A stretch of 64,000 nt of DNA from an uncultured delta proteobacterium. GTDB lineage: Bacteria; Myxococcota_A; UBA9160; SMWR01. Position 1 is the stretch's first letter, and the number at the start of each line of letters is the position of its first letter. Shown one piece after another: positions 60,327-64,000 of this stretch. The stretch lies in contig CAWHTE010000001.1 of NCBI GenBank assembly GCA_963832165.1, positions 288,001 to 352,000 of the forward strand, given 5' to 3'. The translations under genes and the position numbers were made by a program. Under the pieces are notes generated by a model that saw only the letters and a list, made by a program, of their open reading frames with translations, was not told the DNA's origin and made no database searches.

Positions 60327-60389
60327 GGCGATCTCCTGTTGAATGGGCGCTCGTGGATGTGACGCGCGAGCGCGCGCCGATTCGACAGC

Positions 60390-61082
60390 CTAGCGGCCGT
60401 ATTCGTCGTGGCGGCGCCACCATCGGTAGGGCGGAGTCTGCGGGTAGCCCTCCGGCGAGTCCTCCCACTCCTCCTGGCGGCCCAGCGGCGTCAGGTCGAG
60501 CAGGGTCCAGACCGGGCCGAGTGTCTCGACGCCGCGGTGCTGCGTGAAATAGGTCCGGAATACCTCGCCGCCGTCGCGCACGAACACGGAGAGGCCGAAC
60601 ATCTCGCCGTCCTGGTCCTGGTCCGGCTGCGGCCGCTCCGGGCCCAGGCCGAAATCGTGGCTGAAGGAGGTTTCGAACGACGAGACCCACGGAATCCTCC
60701 AACCCATGCGCTGGCGGTAGGCCTCGATCTTGGCGATCGGCGCGCGCGAGACGGCCGCGAACGAGGTGTCGCGCGCGTGCAGGTGCGGGAGCGGGCAGAT
60801 CTGGTCGAGGACCATCGAGCAGCCGGTGCAGCCCGCGTCCTGGTTCGGGCCGAACATGAAGTGGTAGAGGAGCAGCTGGCGGCGCCCCTCGAAGAGGTCG
60901 AGCAGACTCGCTTTGCCCGCCGGGCCCTCGAAGGTGTAGTCCTTCTCGATCCGGACGCGGGGCAGCCGGCGGCGCTCGGCGGCCAGCTTGTCGCGCGCGC
61001 GCGTGGCCCTCTTCTCCTTCGCGAGCAGCTTGTTCCGGGCGGTCTGCCACACCTCTTCCGAGACGATCCGCGGATACTTCAT
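60390..61082 (-). CDS. DUF899 thioredoxin-like protein
   Basis: RRRLP, LFEGRRQLLLYHFM, CTGCS, LDLTPLGRQE. Confidence 0.9.
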   Translation of the reverse strand: MKYPRIVSEEVWQTARNKLLAKEKRATRARDKLAAERRRLPRVRIEKDYTFEGPAGKASLLDLFEGRRQLLLYHFMFGPNQDAGCTGCSMVLDQICPLPHLHARDTSFAAVSRAPIAKIEAYRQRMGWRIPWVSSFETSFSHDFGLGPERPQPDQDQDGEMFGLSVFVRDGGEVFRTYFTQHRGVETLGPVWTLLDLTPLGRQEEWEDSPEGYPQTPPYRWWRRHDEYGR

Positions 61083-61145
61083 GGGTGCTCTCCTTCCTCT
61101 CTCTTTGGAGACGAACGAGCGCGCCCGAGTGCGACATTTTCGCGA

Positions 61146-61621
61146 TTATTTTCGGCCCCGCGGGTCGTCGGCGGGGTTCACGTACGTGATCGTCCAGGGG
61201 CCCTTGCCGTGCAGCTGCAGCACCGTCTCGCCTTCCGTGTAGGCGAAGTGCTTCATGCCGATCGGCCAGAAGCCGAACGAGCCCGCGGGCATCGGACGCG
61301 TCTTCGCGCGGTCGAACTTCTCGCCCATCCCGAAGTGCAGCGTCCCCGCAATCACGGTCACGTGCTCGATCTGCGAGTGGAAGTGCGGCTTTACCTCGAA
61401 GTCGTCCGGGAGCTTCAGGCGCATCGTGAACATGCCTTCTTTCGCGGGATCGCCCTCGAGAACGGCCATCGCGGCGCCTTTCGCGAGCGTGGGCGGCCCG
61501 TCGCCCCATTTGATTTCGGATGACGGAAACAGACCCATGTCGCCGGCCGGCTTTTCGTGCTGGTCGGCTCCGACGGCGACGGCGAGCCACAGCGCGAGCG
61601 CGGTCGCAGCAGATGCATCAT
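61146..61621 (-). CDS. Secreted cupin-domain protein; probable frameshift in signal peptide
   Basis: PHFHSQIEHVTVIAG, MKHFA; upstream AGAGGAAG-ATG lies in a different frame from the signal ATALALWLAVAVGA. Confidence 0.78.
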
Positions 61622-61876
61622 CGGGAATCTTCCTCTAACGATGGAATGTAGTCGAGGATCTTCTGTGTGGCCCTTTTGAGCGCCGCTTTGCCTTGACGGG
61701 AGGGGATTCGCGGGGTCTTCCATCCCGGTATGGCAGTTGAGGCGGCTGCCAGCACGATCTCGACGCAGTCCTTGCTGTCGCGCTCGATACACGCGACCGT
61801 CGCGAGCGCTCGACATCGGCTTCGGCCGGTCGCGGAAACCCTCGTCGACAGGATCGCCTACCTGCGCGCCGTACCC

Positions 61877-62152
61877 TTACTCGAGAGGCTCGTCTTCGAC
61901 CTCGATGACTTCGCCGGTGTCGGCATCGATCTCGACTTCCTTGACGATCTTCCCGCTCCGCTCGCCGGCCGGCTTGATTCTGAATTCGTAGATCAAGCGT
62001 CCATGCTCGCGGTCGAGCTCTTCGCTCCTCACCTCGCCGGGGACACTCGCCAGCGCCGTTTGCCGCGCCGTCTCTATCGGCACCTTCGCCTGGTCGAAGC
62101 ATCCAGTCGCGCAAACGACCGCAGCTCCGGAGATCGCGATGAATCGTTTCAT
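61877..62152 (-). CDS. PepSY-domain lipoprotein
   Basis: MKRF...ATGC; ELDREHGRLIYEF...EVEIDADTGEV. Confidence 0.85.
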   Translation of the reverse strand: MKRFIAISGAAVVCATGCFDQAKVPIETARQTALASVPGEVRSEELDREHGRLIYEFRIKPAGERSGKIVKEVEIDADTGEVIEVEDEPLE

Positions 62153-62166
62153 GATTCCCTTCGACC

Positions 62167-62814
62167 TCACGCAGCACCGCGCACGAGGTTGCGATTGAGC
62201 GCTCGTCGGCACTCGCTCCAGAAGTAGCCGAGCCACACCGTGATGCCGACGAACTTGAGGCCGTCCTCGTAGAAGGTGGCGGTTATTTCGGGCGGCATGT
62301 ACCCGAAGATGACGTCGATCGCGGCGGAGCTGCCCATCAGGCCGAGCGCGAGCACTAGCGCTCCCCAATTGCCGTCCAGCACGTATGCGCGGCAGCGGAA
62401 GATGTACAGCGCGACAACCGCCATGTACGCCGCGTAGGTCACCTTCTGCGGAATTCCGAACAGGGACCAGAACACGCCCTCGTGGAACATGAACAGGTCG
62501 TCCACGCAAAGGAACGCCGACAGCGCGGCCGCCCCGAGCAGGAAAGTGCGCGCAGCGCCGGTGACCGCGAGACCCGTGAAGCCGCAGAGAGCGGCTGACA
62601 TCGCCCAACACAGGATTCCGAGATTCGAGATCATGCCGTAATACGGCGGAACGTGGCCGAGCGCCGCGAGATCGCGCGTCAGCACGGCCAGGTCGAGTTG
62701 ATGGAGGGCGCCGACGACGCCGGCCACAATCACGAGCCCGAGCGCCGGCAGGGCGGTGCGCGACGCGATCCGGAGCGTCGGAGCGATCTGCCCGGCGAGG
62801 TCGATGTGGGGCAT
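62167..62814 (-). CDS. Hypothetical multi-TM membrane protein
   Basis: Six to seven hydrophobic segments; DDLFMFHE and EDGLKF motifs. Confidence 0.7.
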   Translation of the reverse strand: MPHIDLAGQIAPTLRIASRTALPALGLVIVAGVVGALHQLDLAVLTRDLAALGHVPPYYGMISNLGILCWAMSAALCGFTGLAVTGAARTFLLGAAALSAFLCVDDLFMFHEGVFWSLFGIPQKVTYAAYMAVVALYIFRCRAYVLDGNWGALVLALGLMGSSAAIDVIFGYMPPEITATFYEDGLKFVGITVWLGYFWSECRRALNRNLVRGAA

Positions 62815-63123
62815 GCGATGCAAGTACGAGAGTGCCACGGCAGCTCCGGTCCCCCCGCTCCGACGAGTCTAGAGGATTATGACGATGTGCTTAGCGCTGT
62901 CAGGATTTTTTGAGGATTATCTGTGATGAATCCGGATGGCTACTCGCGATTTGCAAATTGGCGAATCTGCACGTACCGGAGACGCGCACGATCGATTTCG
63001 CGCCCACGCTGGCGGCACTTCACGGCGTGACATTACCGGACGCCGACGGCCAGTCGATCCCTGCACTCGTAGGCGCGACGATCGCGACTGCGCGGCATGA
63101 GCCGCGCGCGGGCTCGTGCCCGG

Positions 63124-64000
63124 CTAGTCCCGCTCGATCGCGAAGTGGTCGACGCGCCGACGCGGCGCACCTCCTTCCGGAATACCGACGATCTCGACCT
63201 CGAGACGGCGTGAGTCGATCCGCAACACTCCGTAGTGGTGACACTCATCATTGCGTACGGCGATCTGCGGCGGTGTCGCGCAAGTGATCCGAGAAAAATC
63301 GCTCGAACGGTTGGACCGCTTTCCGGCGGGACTGACCTTCGCGTAGACGACGCCGCTCCCCGCGCGAATCCGCGCGGGGTCCGCTGCAGCCACGCGCGAC
63401 GCACCTTCGCACAGTGCGAACGTGCGCTCGTAGCTCTGGTCGTGGGCCGAGAGATGCAGATCGACTCCATACCGCTCGAAGATCGGCGGCAGCGCTAGCA
63501 GGACCTCGTCACGTGCCGGGTGCGAACGGCCGTGCGCGAACACCGGGGCGTGTTGATAGACGACGAGCCAGAGTGCGCCCGTCTGGCGCGCCGCAGCGAG
63601 GTCGCGTTCGAGCCAATCGATGTGCCTGCGGTCCGGCAGGATCCCCGGGGCGAATAACGCGCAGAAGTGGGTCGGTCCTACGTCGAACGAGTAGCTGCGG
63701 ACGCCTTCCTCACCCGCCGGAAGTGCAAGTCGGCCCGCCCACTCGTCGTAGCCTTCGCCGAGCATGATCTCGTGATTTCCTAGCACCGGCATGAACGGGG
63801 CAGTCGCAAAAAGGGGTTGCATCTGATTGAACCATGCATCGATCGCATCGGCCGGGTCGACGAACCGCAGATCGGTGTCCTCGTACGCGTAATCGCCCCG
63901 CCCAATGCGACCGCCGGCGCATCGGCGACGATCTCGCCGACCACGCGCGAAGCGGCGTCCGCCAGACCGTCGGGCCGGCCGCCACTCCAACGTCGGCAAA
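63124..64000 (-). CDS. Purple-acid-phosphatase-like metallophosphoesterase, 3' part; frameshift near 63899
   Basis: GDYAY, LGNHE, YQHAP, SAHDQSYER. Confidence 0.85.
   Translation of the reverse strand, partial: LPTLEWRPARRSGGRRFARGRRDRRRCAGGRIGRGDYAYEDTDLRFVDPADAIDAWFNQMQPLFATAPFMPVLGNHEIMLGEGYDEWAGRLALPAGEEGVRSYSFDVGPTHFCALFAPGILPDRRHIDWLERDLAAARQTGALWLVVYQHAPVFAHGRSHPARDEVLLALPPIFERYGVDLHLSAHDQSYERTFALCEGASRVAAADPARIRAGSGVVYAKVSPAGKRSNRSSDFSRITCATPPQIAVRNDECHHYGVLRIDSRRLEVEIVGIPEGGAPRRRVDHFAIERD

Overview
High-GC bacterial chromosomal segment of about 50 CDS. Gene content and PEP-CTERM/TSP3-dockerin modules suggest a Myxococcota/deltaproteobacterial-type organism (inference). No rRNA, tRNA, CRISPR or mobile element was recognised. 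Most genes are housekeeping or lipid/acyl-CoA metabolism: lgt, ETF-QO, sppA, nrdJ with tandem NrdR boxes, an F420:NADP oxidoreductase, aat, pckG, ptsI, two Hsp20s, uppP and nth. The standout is a compact surface-display locus at 18.25-23.09 kb. It runs: exosortase-EpsI fusion; a complete sigma-54 promoter (two palindromic UAS, IHF site, -24/-12); a structured ~210-nt leader; a secreted stand-alone TSP3-dockerin protein; a cohesin-like PEP-CTERM protein; a strong terminator; and a secreted FN3/FG-GAP-propeller protein with a C-terminal dockerin. Together this looks like an exosortase-anchored cohesin-dockerin (cellulosome-like, non-cellulolytic) display system. Next to it is a type II fatty-acid cluster (FabH-like, FabA, FabZ, FabB/F, atypical ACP, PlsC) ending in a single-chain ~1867-aa acyl-CoA carboxylase. 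Several genes carry single-base frameshifts, most likely long-read sequencing errors. All product calls come from motif recognition by eye, not database searches.
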